From assembly GCA_047285535.1 (NCBI GenBank), contig JBJBDC010000001.1:928136-992135 (forward strand): a DNA stretch of 64,000 bases, given 5' to 3'. A model generated the notes under the pieces. The model was not told the DNA's origin. It ran no database searches and saw only the letters and a list, made by a program, of their open reading frames with translations. This document shows, piece after piece, positions 9,723 through 18,433 of the stretch. The first letter of the stretch is position 1. Every line of letters starts with the position of its first letter. A program made the position numbers and the translations under genes. The stretch is from Synechococcus sp. (lineage in GTDB: Bacteria > Cyanobacteriota > Cyanobacteriia > PCC-6307 > Cyanobiaceae).

Positions 9723-10480
9723 CCCGCCTCGTACAACTTGGAAAGGTCCGCAGACGTGATTTGTTCCGGAGCTTGATCCAGCACAAGGCAACCTTCACGT
9801 AAACCAATCACACGGTCAAAGCGATGGATCAGTTCGGGTTGATGCAAGCTGATCACAATGGCTTTAGCACCACAATCAAGTTGACCCTGCGGCGTGCGAT
9901 CAAGCAAATGATCCAATAGATCAGAGGCGATGGCGGGATCCAAGTTCGCTACAGGTTCATCCGCCAGGATCAGTTGCGGTTGTTGTCTGAGCAAACGCGC
10001 AAGGGCCACTCTTTGCCTTTGCCCCCCTGACAATTGGCGAATCGGAGCATCGATCAATCCACCATCGATGAGATCGGCATCCAGCCCTGCCCGCTGCAGA
10101 CAGTCCCTGCAAGCAGGTTGATCAATGTTAAATAACAGATTGGCCAATCCCCAGATCAGGTTGTGACGGCCTAAGGCCCCACAGTTGACGTTTTGTCCCA
10201 CATTGAGCTCTTCGACAAGAAGTAAGTCTTGCCAGAGCATTCCTATTTCTTTTTTTTTGCGTCGAGATATTGAGCGAATCGACTCACCGCACCAACGCAC
10301 ATGTCCCTGATCACAGCGGAGGCTGCCATTAGCGATAGCCAGCAATGTGCTCTTGCCAGCCCCGCTGCGTCCAAGCAAGGCGATTCTCTCTCCTTCGTAG
10401 ACCGAAAGGGAGATGGAGCAAAGTCGATCGCCCCTCGGTCCAGCCAGGCTGACCTCAGTCAAGTCGAGAAGAGATTTCAA
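9719..10480 (-). CDS. phnC: Phosphonate/phosphite ABC transporter ATP-binding protein
   Basis: GRSGAGKS, LSGGQRQRVALAR, ADEPVANLDP; lies between phnD and phnE. Confidence 0.9.
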   Translation of the reverse strand: MKSLLDLTEVSLAGPRGDRLCSISLSVYEGERIALLGRSGAGKSTLLAIANGSLRCDQGHVRWCGESIRSISRRKKKEIGMLWQDLLLVEELNVGQNVNCGALGRHNLIWGLANLLFNIDQPACRDCLQRAGLDADLIDGGLIDAPIRQLSGGQRQRVALARLLRQQPQLILADEPVANLDPAIASDLLDHLLDRTPQGQLDCGAKAIVISLHQPELIHRFDRVIGLREGCLVLDQAPEQITSADLSKLYEAG

Positions 10481-11391
10481 CGAATCTTGCCGAGTTTTCG
10501 ACCCACCTCCTCGATGGGTTTGTACTCCGATTCCTGCGCCGGAATGAAACGCTTGGCTGAAAACAGTTCAAGGATGGTTCTTTGTCGATCTGTCTTTGGG
10601 GTTAACCCAACAATGACCTTCTGGAGTTTTGTCGTAAATCCTTTGCCGAATCGTTGATCCAGATTTGGTCGCGCCACCCAGTGGTAATCCACGTAGGGAG
10701 GTGTTTTCCAGATCATTCGCACCTTGTCGGGATTCACGGTCCCATTCTTTACAGCGACATTCCAGACCAGCTCGTTGAGAGCACCCGCCTCGTAAGAGCC
10801 ACTCTGGACCAATGCGATGGTGGCGTCATGGCTGCCGCTAAAGCCAGCTTGTCCACCAGAAAATTGCTTCGGCGTCACACCGGCTTTGGCCAGAAAATGC
10901 TGAGGCATCAATCGCCCTGATGTTGAGCTTTCTGACCCAAAGGTGAACCGCTTTCCCTTAAAGGCTTTCAGACCTTCAATCCCCTTGATTGGTTTCAAAC
11001 CGGTGGCGGAGTTAGCAATGAAAACACTTTTAAATTTCTCATCAATTGCCCGTTGCGCCAGAACCTTGGAACCGGGTGTTTGAAGGCGTGCCTGAACGCC
11101 TGTAAGCCCACCAAACCAGACAAGATCAAGACTTCCTGTCCTGAAGGCACTGACGGCTGCTGGGTAATTACTGACTGGCACATAGCGCACGAGCACATTC
11201 AGTTTGTCGCTTAGTTCATCGGCAAGTTGGCCGTACCGACGATTCAATCGCTCTGGGTTTTGATCTGGAATCGCACCGATGCGTAATGTCTCTTTCGCAG
11301 TAGCAGGAAAGACCGTGGCACTCTGACTGCAAAGAAGAGCCAAAAGGACAACGGCCCCTTTTTGTCTGACCGGAGTCAGCTGGATTGTCAT
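10477..11391 (-). CDS. phnD: Phosphate/phosphite/phosphonate ABC transporter substrate-binding protein
   Basis: Signal peptide; 'GAIPDQNPERLNR', 'GSESSTSGRLMP', 'SGSHDATI'. Confidence 0.9.
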   Translation of the reverse strand: MTIQLTPVRQKGAVVLLALLCSQSATVFPATAKETLRIGAIPDQNPERLNRRYGQLADELSDKLNVLVRYVPVSNYPAAVSAFRTGSLDLVWFGGLTGVQARLQTPGSKVLAQRAIDEKFKSVFIANSATGLKPIKGIEGLKAFKGKRFTFGSESSTSGRLMPQHFLAKAGVTPKQFSGGQAGFSGSHDATIALVQSGSYEAGALNELVWNVAVKNGTVNPDKVRMIWKTPPYVDYHWVARPNLDQRFGKGFTTKLQKVIVGLTPKTDRQRTILELFSAKRFIPAQESEYKPIEEVGRKLGKIR

Positions 11392-11410
11392 CGTTCGACA
11401 GTGTCTTGTT

Positions 11411-12589
11411 TTAGGAGTGACGGAGCAATCGCTTGAAGCGACTCAGCCCCTCTGCGATCGTCTCACTTGAAACAGCGCAGGAGAGCCTGACACAGCGATC
11501 ATCGCCAAAGGCACCACCGGGAACGATCGCCAGTCCTTCCTCCTCGAGAGCACGCTCACAAAAGACCAGCGAATCCGGAATGGCATCAGGCAACCTCGGA
11601 AACGCATAAAACGCACCCTTCGGAGGGACGAGCGTGATCCCATTCATTTGTTGAAGCCCCGCGCATAGCTCCAGTCGACGCGTGTTGTAGCTATCGGCCA
11701 TGCGGCGCACGCAATCTCGAGATCCCTGCAGTGCAGCTAGTGCTCCCCGTTGAGCAAAGCTACATACATTGCTTGTGCTTTGGCTTTGCAGGGCAACCGC
11801 AGCCTTAATCACCGTGCTGTCACCACTGAGATATCCGAGTCGCCAACCGGTCATGGCCCAGCCTTTAGCAAAACCGTTCACAACAAAACACCGCTCTCTG
11901 AGGTCTGGGGCTACGGCGGCAAAGCTGTGGTGGGATTCACCCTCTTCCAACAGATATTCGTAAATTTCATCACTCATCACCAGCAGGTTGGGATGCTTTC
12001 GCACCAGCTCTGCCAGGGCTTCTAGTTCACTGAGACTCAACACACGACCTGTTGGGTTGCCCGGTGAATTGAGCACCAGAACCTTGGTTAACGGGGTGAT
12101 GGATTGTTCAATCTTATGTAGATCAAGTCCAAACCCATCGGCAGCTGATGACGTCACTATGACTGGATTTCCACCTGCCAATCGAACAATTTCTGGATAG
12201 CTCAACCAATGAGGGGCTGGAATGATGACTTCATCACCTGGGTTCAGCAGAACTTGGAACAGGTTGTAAATCGCCTGTTTGCCGCCATTGGTCACTAAAA
12301 CCTGATCGGCCTCGGTGGGGATGTTGTTTTCAAGACTCAATTTCTGAGCGATGGCAGCGCGCAGCTCTGGATCGCCAGCAGCCGGGCCATACCGAGTGAT
12401 GCCATCCCTAAGGGCCTGAATCGCCGCCTCAACAATGAACGCTGGCGTCCCGAAGTCGGGTTCTCCTGCACTCAGGCTGCAAACATCAACACCCTGTTGC
12501 TGCAGGGCTTTTGCTCGGGCGCTGATGGCAAGTGTGAGCGATGGCTGCAGAGCCAAAGCTCGGTAAGAGAGAGATGGGGGGCCTGGCAT
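11411..12589 (-). CDS. aspC: Aspartate aminotransferase (PLP-dependent class I/II)
   Basis: 'AGEPDF', 'NSPGNPTG', 'SDEIY', 'GFAKGWAMTGWRLG'; start placed at ATG 12589. Confidence 0.9.
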   Translation of the reverse strand: MPGPPSLSYRALALQPSLTLAISARAKALQQQGVDVCSLSAGEPDFGTPAFIVEAAIQALRDGITRYGPAAGDPELRAAIAQKLSLENNIPTEADQVLVTNGGKQAIYNLFQVLLNPGDEVIIPAPHWLSYPEIVRLAGGNPVIVTSSAADGFGLDLHKIEQSITPLTKVLVLNSPGNPTGRVLSLSELEALAELVRKHPNLLVMSDEIYEYLLEEGESHHSFAAVAPDLRERCFVVNGFAKGWAMTGWRLGYLSGDSTVIKAAVALQSQSTSNVCSFAQRGALAALQGSRDCVRRMADSYNTRRLELCAGLQQMNGITLVPPKGAFYAFPRLPDAIPDSLVFCERALEEEGLAIVPGGAFGDDRCVRLSCAVSSETIAEGLSRFKRLLRHS

Positions 12590-12674
12590 CAACGCGGCAC
12601 CCCCTCGATGGGTGCTGGGGTATTTGCAACAACATCCTGCCTGATACAGCGACAGTGACAACTCTGTTCAACGG

Positions 12675-13118
12675 ATGACAGCCTGGATCGACATGTTGAT
12701 CTTGCTGAACATGACAAAGGGCGAGACCTCCCTGAGTTGGGTTTTAGCGGCGAACAATCCGCAATCTCTCGCGCAGTTCTATGCCAGAGCTCTTGGAGGT
12801 TCCTTCCGCTCTGGACTGTCTGAGCATCACTGGATGGTGTCGCTACCCAACGGACAAATGCTTCAGGTTTACCGCCCTTCCAGTCAGCGACCCTGGCCTG
12901 TTCGAGGAGCTGCGCTATCTCCTTGTTTTCAGCGAAGCGGCATCGACAACAATCCAGAAGCTGATCTGGAGCAGTGGGTCAAGCACCTTGAATCATTGGG
13001 GGCGCGGCGGCGTGAATCCTCTCGACTCGAATCTTTTGGCGCTGAATGCTGGATGGAGGATCCAGAGGGACAGCCATTTCTCACGCTGATACTGCAGCAG
13101 GGTTCCTTTGACTCATAA
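12675..13118 (+). CDS. VOC/glyoxalase-like protein
   Basis: 'LAQFYARALG', 'CWMEDPEG'; start uncertain. Confidence 0.7.
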   Translation: MTAWIDMLILLNMTKGETSLSWVLAANNPQSLAQFYARALGGSFRSGLSEHHWMVSLPNGQMLQVYRPSSQRPWPVRGAALSPCFQRSGIDNNPEADLEQWVKHLESLGARRRESSRLESFGAECWMEDPEGQPFLTLILQQGSFDS

Positions 13119-13126
13119 GGTCTTGG

Positions 13127-13747
13127 GTGGATCAACCCGGACGAATGTCTTTAGAGGACTTCGAGACATCGTGTCGCCAATGTCAGCGATGTGAATTAGC
13201 AAAAGAACGCAAGCAAGTCGTGATCAGTCGCGGGCATGTCTCTGCTCGGCTGATGGTGATTGGTGAGGCACCAGGCGCTGAAGAAGACGCTCAGGGAAGT
13301 CCCTTTGTCGGTCGATCCGGACGACTTTTAGATGAATGCCTTGCACAAGTGGGTCTGCATCGAGCGGAAGATGCTTATATCTGCAATTTGATCAAGTGCC
13401 GCCCTCCTGGGAATCGACGCCCAACCCAAGCAGAAATCACGGCTTGCAGGCCCTGGCTCGATCATCAAATTTCTGAGGTCAATCCAGCAATCCTTTTGCT
13501 TCTCGGGACGACTGCTGCGGCGACGATGCTGGAGTGCCGAACACCGATTAGTCGCTTAAGAGGTCAGTGGACGCGCTGGGAAGGACGCCATGTCATGCCT
13601 AGTTTTCACCCCTCATATCTGTTAAGAAATCCCTCGCGAGATCCTGGTAAACCCCGATCACTGTTCTTGGCTGATCTGGCCTGCGTAAAGCGCGGATTGA
13701 ACGGGGCTGTGTCAGGGTTATGGCCTGATTCGAGCGATCCTGGATGA
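13127..13747 (+). CDS. udg: Uracil-DNA glycosylase family 4 (Fe-S)
   Basis: CxxCxxC, '[17 protein letters not shown]', 'KCRPPGNR', '[10 protein letters not shown]'. Confidence 0.93.
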   Translation: MDQPGRMSLEDFETSCRQCQRCELAKERKQVVISRGHVSARLMVIGEAPGAEEDAQGSPFVGRSGRLLDECLAQVGLHRAEDAYICNLIKCRPPGNRRPTQAEITACRPWLDHQISEVNPAILLLLGTTAAATMLECRTPISRLRGQWTRWEGRHVMPSFHPSYLLRNPSRDPGKPRSLFLADLACVKRGLNGAVSGLWPDSSDPG

Positions 13748-14937
13748 CCGCCTCGCAGCGTTACGACACACGGATTCACCGACGGAAGACACGCACCGTG
13801 ATGATTGGCGATGTGCCAATTGGAAGTGAGCATCCGATCGCGGTGCAATCAATGATCAATGAAGACACGCTGGATATCGACGGTTCCGTCGCCGGCATTC
13901 TTCGCTTAGCAGATGCAGGATGCGAAATCGTACGTGTGACGACACCCTCAATCGCTCATGCCAAAGCCATGGGCAAGATTCGCTCAGCGCTTCGAGCCCA
14001 GGGATGCAACATGCCTCTGGTGGCTGATGTCCATCACAACGGAACGCGCATTGCGATTGAAGTCGCGAACCATGTCGACAAAGTGCGAATCAATCCAGGA
14101 TTATTTGTTTTTGATAAACCTGACCCCGATCGCCAGGAATTCAGCCAAGAAGAGTTTGATGCCATTGGCGATCGCATTAAAGAAACATTCGCTCCTCTGG
14201 TGAAGGTGTTGAGGCAACAAAACAAGGCCTTAAGAATCGGAGTCAATCACGGCTCCTTGGCCGAACGAATGTTGTTCACCTATGGAGATACCCCTCATGG
14301 AATGGTCGAATCGGCCATGGAGTTTGTACGCATCTGCGACTCACTCGACTTTCACAACATCGTGATTTCGATGAAGGCATCCCGTGCTCCGGTGATGCTG
14401 GCTGCTTATCGAATGATGGCCGACACCATGGATCGAGAGGGATTCAACTATCCATTGCACCTTGGTGTCACAGAAGCAGGTGATGGCGATTACGGCCGTA
14501 TCAAGAGCACTGCAGGAATTGCAACTCTATTGGCTGAAGGTCTTGGTGACACTTTGCGCGTGTCATTAACCGAAGCCCCTGAGAAGGAAATACCTGTCTG
14601 CTTCTCTATTTTGCAGGCGCTAGGAATCCGCAAGACAATGGTGGAATACGTGGCCTGCCCGAGCTGCGGTCGCACTTTGTTTAATCTTGAAGAAGTTCTA
14701 AATCAGGTCCGTGATGCTACCTCTCATCTAACCGGTCTAGACATTGCTGTGATGGGTTGCATTGTCAATGGACCCGGTGAAATGGCCGATGCTGACTACG
14801 GTTATGTCGGCAAGGGTCCTGGGGTGATCGCCCTCTATCGCAGTCGAGAAGAGATTCGAAAAGTACCCGAATCGGAGGGGGTTAAAGCCTTGATTCAGTT
14901 GATCAAGGACGATGGTCGCTGGGTTGAACCTGACTGA
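13744..14937 (+). CDS. ispG: HMBPP synthase
   Basis: 'RINPG', 'RIGVNHGSL', 'LHLGVTEAG', 'CPSCGR', '[12 protein letters not shown]'. Confidence 0.97.
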   Translation: MTASQRYDTRIHRRKTRTVMIGDVPIGSEHPIAVQSMINEDTLDIDGSVAGILRLADAGCEIVRVTTPSIAHAKAMGKIRSALRAQGCNMPLVADVHHNGTRIAIEVANHVDKVRINPGLFVFDKPDPDRQEFSQEEFDAIGDRIKETFAPLVKVLRQQNKALRIGVNHGSLAERMLFTYGDTPHGMVESAMEFVRICDSLDFHNIVISMKASRAPVMLAAYRMMADTMDREGFNYPLHLGVTEAGDGDYGRIKSTAGIATLLAEGLGDTLRVSLTEAPEKEIPVCFSILQALGIRKTMVEYVACPSCGRTLFNLEEVLNQVRDATSHLTGLDIAVMGCIVNGPGEMADADYGYVGKGPGVIALYRSREEIRKVPESEGVKALIQLIKDDGRWVEPD

Positions 14938-14964
14938 TGTCGTTAGGCTGTACGCAAGGTCCTA

Positions 14965-16326
14965 GTGGACAGCATGCCTGCTAAAAAATTCAGCTTCAAA
15001 GCCTCTCAACGTCGCAGCGTGTTGCTGGTACTCGGAGCTGGTGCTGTCAGTGCTGCGGTGGTTGTAGCTAATCCTGGCCTGGGCTTGCCAAGCACGACTT
15101 CTTCATCAATCACTAATAGCCCAAAAGAGGTGATTGATCAGGTTTGGCAAATCGTATATCGAGATTTTTTAGACTCCTCGGGTGGATATGACCTCAATCA
15201 ATGGTCAAATCTACGCAAGGATTTGCTCTCCAAATCCTATGCAGGCAGTGAAGAATCCTATGAAGCCATTCGAGGCATGCTTGCGAGTCTTGACGACCCG
15301 TATACCCGATTCCTTGACCCTAAAGAATTCAAGGAGATGCAAATTGACACCTCGGGAGAATTAACGGGTGTCGGCATTCAAATTTCCTTAGACAAAGACA
15401 CCAAAGAAATCGTTGTGGTGTCTCCCATCGAAGGCACACCTGCATCAAACGCAGGAGTTCAACCCAAGGATGTCATCGTCTCGATCGACGGTCAAACCAC
15501 GCAAGGAATGACCACTGAAGATGCTGTCAAGCTGATCCGTGGGACAGAGGGTAGCAAGGTAGTACTGGGATTGCGCCGTAAAGGGAGTGTCATCAATGTG
15601 CCCCTGGTTCGTTCTCGGATTGAAATCCATGCTGTTGACAGTCAGCTCAATACGAGTCCCGATGGCACCAAGGTGGGCTACATCCGACTGAAGCAATTCA
15701 ATGCGAATGCATCAAAAGAGATGCGCGAGGCGATACGAGATCTGGAAAAGCAGGGATCTCAGGGATACGTACTTGACCTACGCAGCAACCCGGGAGGGCT
15801 TCTTGAAGCGAGCGTTGACATTGCACGTCAGTGGCTAGATGAAGGCACGATTGTCAGCACCAAAACGCGTGAGGGCATTCAAGATGTCCGTCGTGCGACC
15901 GGAAATGCGTTAACTGACCGTCCTGTTGTAGTCCTCGTCAATGAAGGTTCAGCGAGTGCTAGCGAAATTCTTTCAGGAGCTCTTCAAGACAATGAACGAG
16001 GGCTACTAGTAGGGCAAAAGACCTTTGGCAAAGGGCTTGTGCAATCTGTCCGAGGGCTCTCCGATGGCTCTGGATTGACAGTCACCATCGCTAAGTACCT
16101 CACCCCAAATGGCACTGATATCCATAAGAACGGGATACGCCCAGATGTGCCTGTCGAGATGAGCGAGGAAGAAATCAAAAACCTGACTGTTGAACAATTA
16201 GGGACGAATAAAGATAGTCAGTACCGCGTGGCAGAAACCACCTTAATCAAAGCCTTGAAAGCACCTGAAGCTGGAAACGCCTATCAACCAGGACGTGCCA
16301 ACCTCCAGTCTGCACTTCAGCATTGA
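14965..16326 (+). CDS. S41 C-terminal processing protease (CtpA/B/C family, with PDZ domain)
   Basis: 'LDDPYTRFL', PDZ 'GVGIQI', 'DLRSNPGG', 'SASASEI', 'TFGKGLVQ'. Confidence 0.93.
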   Translation: MDSMPAKKFSFKASQRRSVLLVLGAGAVSAAVVVANPGLGLPSTTSSSITNSPKEVIDQVWQIVYRDFLDSSGGYDLNQWSNLRKDLLSKSYAGSEESYEAIRGMLASLDDPYTRFLDPKEFKEMQIDTSGELTGVGIQISLDKDTKEIVVVSPIEGTPASNAGVQPKDVIVSIDGQTTQGMTTEDAVKLIRGTEGSKVVLGLRRKGSVINVPLVRSRIEIHAVDSQLNTSPDGTKVGYIRLKQFNANASKEMREAIRDLEKQGSQGYVLDLRSNPGGLLEASVDIARQWLDEGTIVSTKTREGIQDVRRATGNALTDRPVVVLVNEGSASASEILSGALQDNERGLLVGQKTFGKGLVQSVRGLSDGSGLTVTIAKYLTPNGTDIHKNGIRPDVPVEMSEEEIKNLTVEQLGTNKDSQYRVAETTLIKALKAPEAGNAYQPGRANLQSALQH

Positions 16327-16351
16327 TAATCGGAATAGATGACTCAATGAG

Positions 16352-16388
16352 TTCAGAATGAGAATGTTGATGACATTCTCATTCTGAA
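16352..16388. repeat. Perfect 16-bp inverted repeat
   Basis: TTCAGAATGAGAATGT-TGATG-ACATTCTCATTCTGAA, starting 26 nt after the ctp stop. Confidence 0.85.
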
Positions 16389-16752
16389 AGGTTCTCACCA
16401 ATAGAAACCGACGCAAACCACCAACAACCACCTACTTACAATTACTTAAGCAGACTTCTTCAAACATATTCGAATGGATATCAATTATCTCCAACGCTGT
16501 CGACCTAGAGGCTCTGCAGTCTCCAGTGCGACCTTTCAAACGGAAAACTTACCTCCACTCCATCTAACGAGGACTAGAGCGGATCAATTAAAAACATCCA
16601 TGCGCGGATAAAACAATTCATTCAACAACAGAGCCAAAAGAAACAAACACTGAAATGCATCAACAGATCAACAAGACTTCACAACACCAAAGCCTACATA
16701 GAAACATGCGAATCACAAGGAGAGTGATTCCAAAAACCAAACCAACACAACC

Positions 16753-17091
16753 TTGTTATATAAACCATTTCACAAAACACCAGTCATAGGCTATCGGCAA
16801 GTGGCTTTGGCAACATTTCAAGCTATCAATAGTTTAGACACTACCAGAAACCCAAGGTTGATTAAAATTAAATTCACAAAAGACCCTACCCCCTTAAATG
16901 GCACTTTATTCTTGGGTTGCAAAATTCCCGACCTACCACCAGATAACAACGAATGCTCCGGCAGGCTTAAAACCAGAAGAGATCTTGGAAAAATCAAAAG
17001 TGGAGATATAGAGTTTGACGCACCAAGTGATGACGGATTGGCACCTAGTGATTTCGTCGAGTTCATCACCAACTCAATCATTCAGCGATAA
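16753..17091 (+). CDS. Hypothetical protein, about 112 aa
   Basis: Long ORF in an AT-rich gap with protein-like composition and two Cys; competes with 16818..17081 (-). Confidence 0.4.
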   Translation: MLYKPFHKTPVIGYRQVALATFQAINSLDTTRNPRLIKIKFTKDPTPLNGTLFLGCKIPDLPPDNNECSGRLKTRRDLGKIKSGDIEFDAPSDDGLAPSDFVEFITNSIIQR

Positions 17092-17546
17092 GGGGCTAAT
17101 CCAAAACCTTCTTGCTCACTTCGAGTTCTCCCATAACTTAAACCTCGCTGAGTTGCGGGAATAACGGCTGTCCGAGGTGGCGAAATCTCACGGGCCCTTT
17201 GCACCAATTCATTGCATCCACCGGCTGATTGAATTGCATTGTCGACGCTGCTCAAAGGAATGCGTTGCCCCCAAGTCCTAGGCCATCCCCAGGTTTGTCC
17301 CTGACGTTGCAACAACGAAATCGCTTCGGCACGGTCTATCTCACCTGATCGCATCAGGCAGGTGGTGGTGGCCAATGTTGCCACTTGAAGATTGGGCGAT
17401 TGCACCGTACGCGTCGGGTAACCAGCAGGAATCTGTCGGATGATGGGAGATGGCATCGAGGTAATGCCAAGAGGTGATCTTGCGAGTCCACCTCCTCCCA
17501 ATTGCCCGAGAGCTGCGACTGCCAATTGCAAAAGAAGATTGTTCAT
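17082..17546 (-). CDS. Hypothetical, probably exported protein
   Basis: 154 aa, hydrophobic N-terminus, two Cys; co-oriented 39 nt downstream of the HExxH gene. Confidence 0.7.
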   Translation of the reverse strand: MNNLLLQLAVAALGQLGGGGLARSPLGITSMPSPIIRQIPAGYPTRTVQSPNLQVATLATTTCLMRSGEIDRAEAISLLQRQGQTWGWPRTWGQRIPLSSVDNAIQSAGGCNELVQRAREISPPRTAVIPATQRGLSYGRTRSEQEGFGLAPYR

Positions 17547-17585
17547 AGGATGGTTGGTATTGGTGGAATGGTGGGTGGGATTGTC

Positions 17586-18086
17586 TTAAACGCGAACGGT
17601 TGAGCCGCAGTAGCGATCGAACAGCTTCAGGACATCATGGGCGGGAAGTCTTGCCGTGTAGCGTGCCTCGAGTTCTGCCACATGCTGATTGCGGGGGTAG
17701 GCCATGATCGAGCGCCATTCCTGACGCGCTTCACGTCTCAAAACTTGAGACATCATCAAATGATGCTGTGGATGAGTGATGGATCCACCAGAGCAACTCT
17801 GCATTCTGTGGGTCGCTTCGTGAGCGAGGGTATTCCAGACCTGCGCTGCATTTCGGTGGTTGCGGCACACGATCAACGTGTCGCTTTTCGGGTGATAAGC
17901 CCCCTGCAACCCCCGTCTTGAGCAATCACGTTGAAGCACCCTGACGCCATGGGCGGTCAGCTTGTTTCGCAAGGCATCAATCGCAGCCCATGTTTGAGCA
18001 TGAACTGGTGCTGATGACAACAACACCCACGGCATTATCAAAAAAAGAACTAACCCTTGCTTCAATAAATAAAGCGGCTTTGGCAT
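17586..18086 (-). CDS. Secreted HExxH zinc-metallopeptidase-like protein
   Basis: Signal peptide ending 'VHA|Q'; 'TLAHEATHRMQ' plus downstream 'ELEA'. Confidence 0.72.
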   Translation of the reverse strand: MPKPLYLLKQGLVLFLIMPWVLLSSAPVHAQTWAAIDALRNKLTAHGVRVLQRDCSRRGLQGAYHPKSDTLIVCRNHRNAAQVWNTLAHEATHRMQSCSGGSITHPQHHLMMSQVLRREARQEWRSIMAYPRNQHVAELEARYTARLPAHDVLKLFDRYCGSTVRV

Positions 18087-18185
18087 CGCCCGCGCACTAG
18101 ATGCCTTAACAGCATCTAAGACAATGGCTCAAATAAATAACCGAACCGGGTAATCAATATGACTAAATGTCACTGAGGTGAAGCT

Positions 18186-18350
18186 TCAAGCTATGGGCTG
18201 CATCAACCCACCACCAGGAGACGAGTCATCATCATCATTTTCCGAATCGCTTTGCCAGAGTGCGAAAACTCCGAGGGCAACCACACCAACCAAACTGCCA
18301 AGAAGGCCAAACGAACTTCCCGTAGCAATTGGATCGATGAATTCGGCCAT
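18186..18350 (-). CDS. Small single-pass membrane protein, 54 aa (MAEFIDPIATGSSFGLLGSLVGVVALGVFALWQSDSENDDDDSSPGGGLMQPIA)
   Basis: Hand-translated, not in the ORF track; TM helix plus acidic DDDD-GGG-MQP tail, an architecture I recognise from picocyanobacterial small proteins. Confidence 0.75.
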   Translation of the reverse strand: MAEFIDPIATGSSFGLLGSLVGVVALGVFALWQSDSENDDDDSSPGGGLMQPIA

Positions 18351-18433
18351 GAATACCAGGTTTTATACCGCCATGGTAACGAAGGATTGCGAAATGTGTT
18401 GAACTTTCTGGGCCACAGTCTTCGGGCCGTGGC

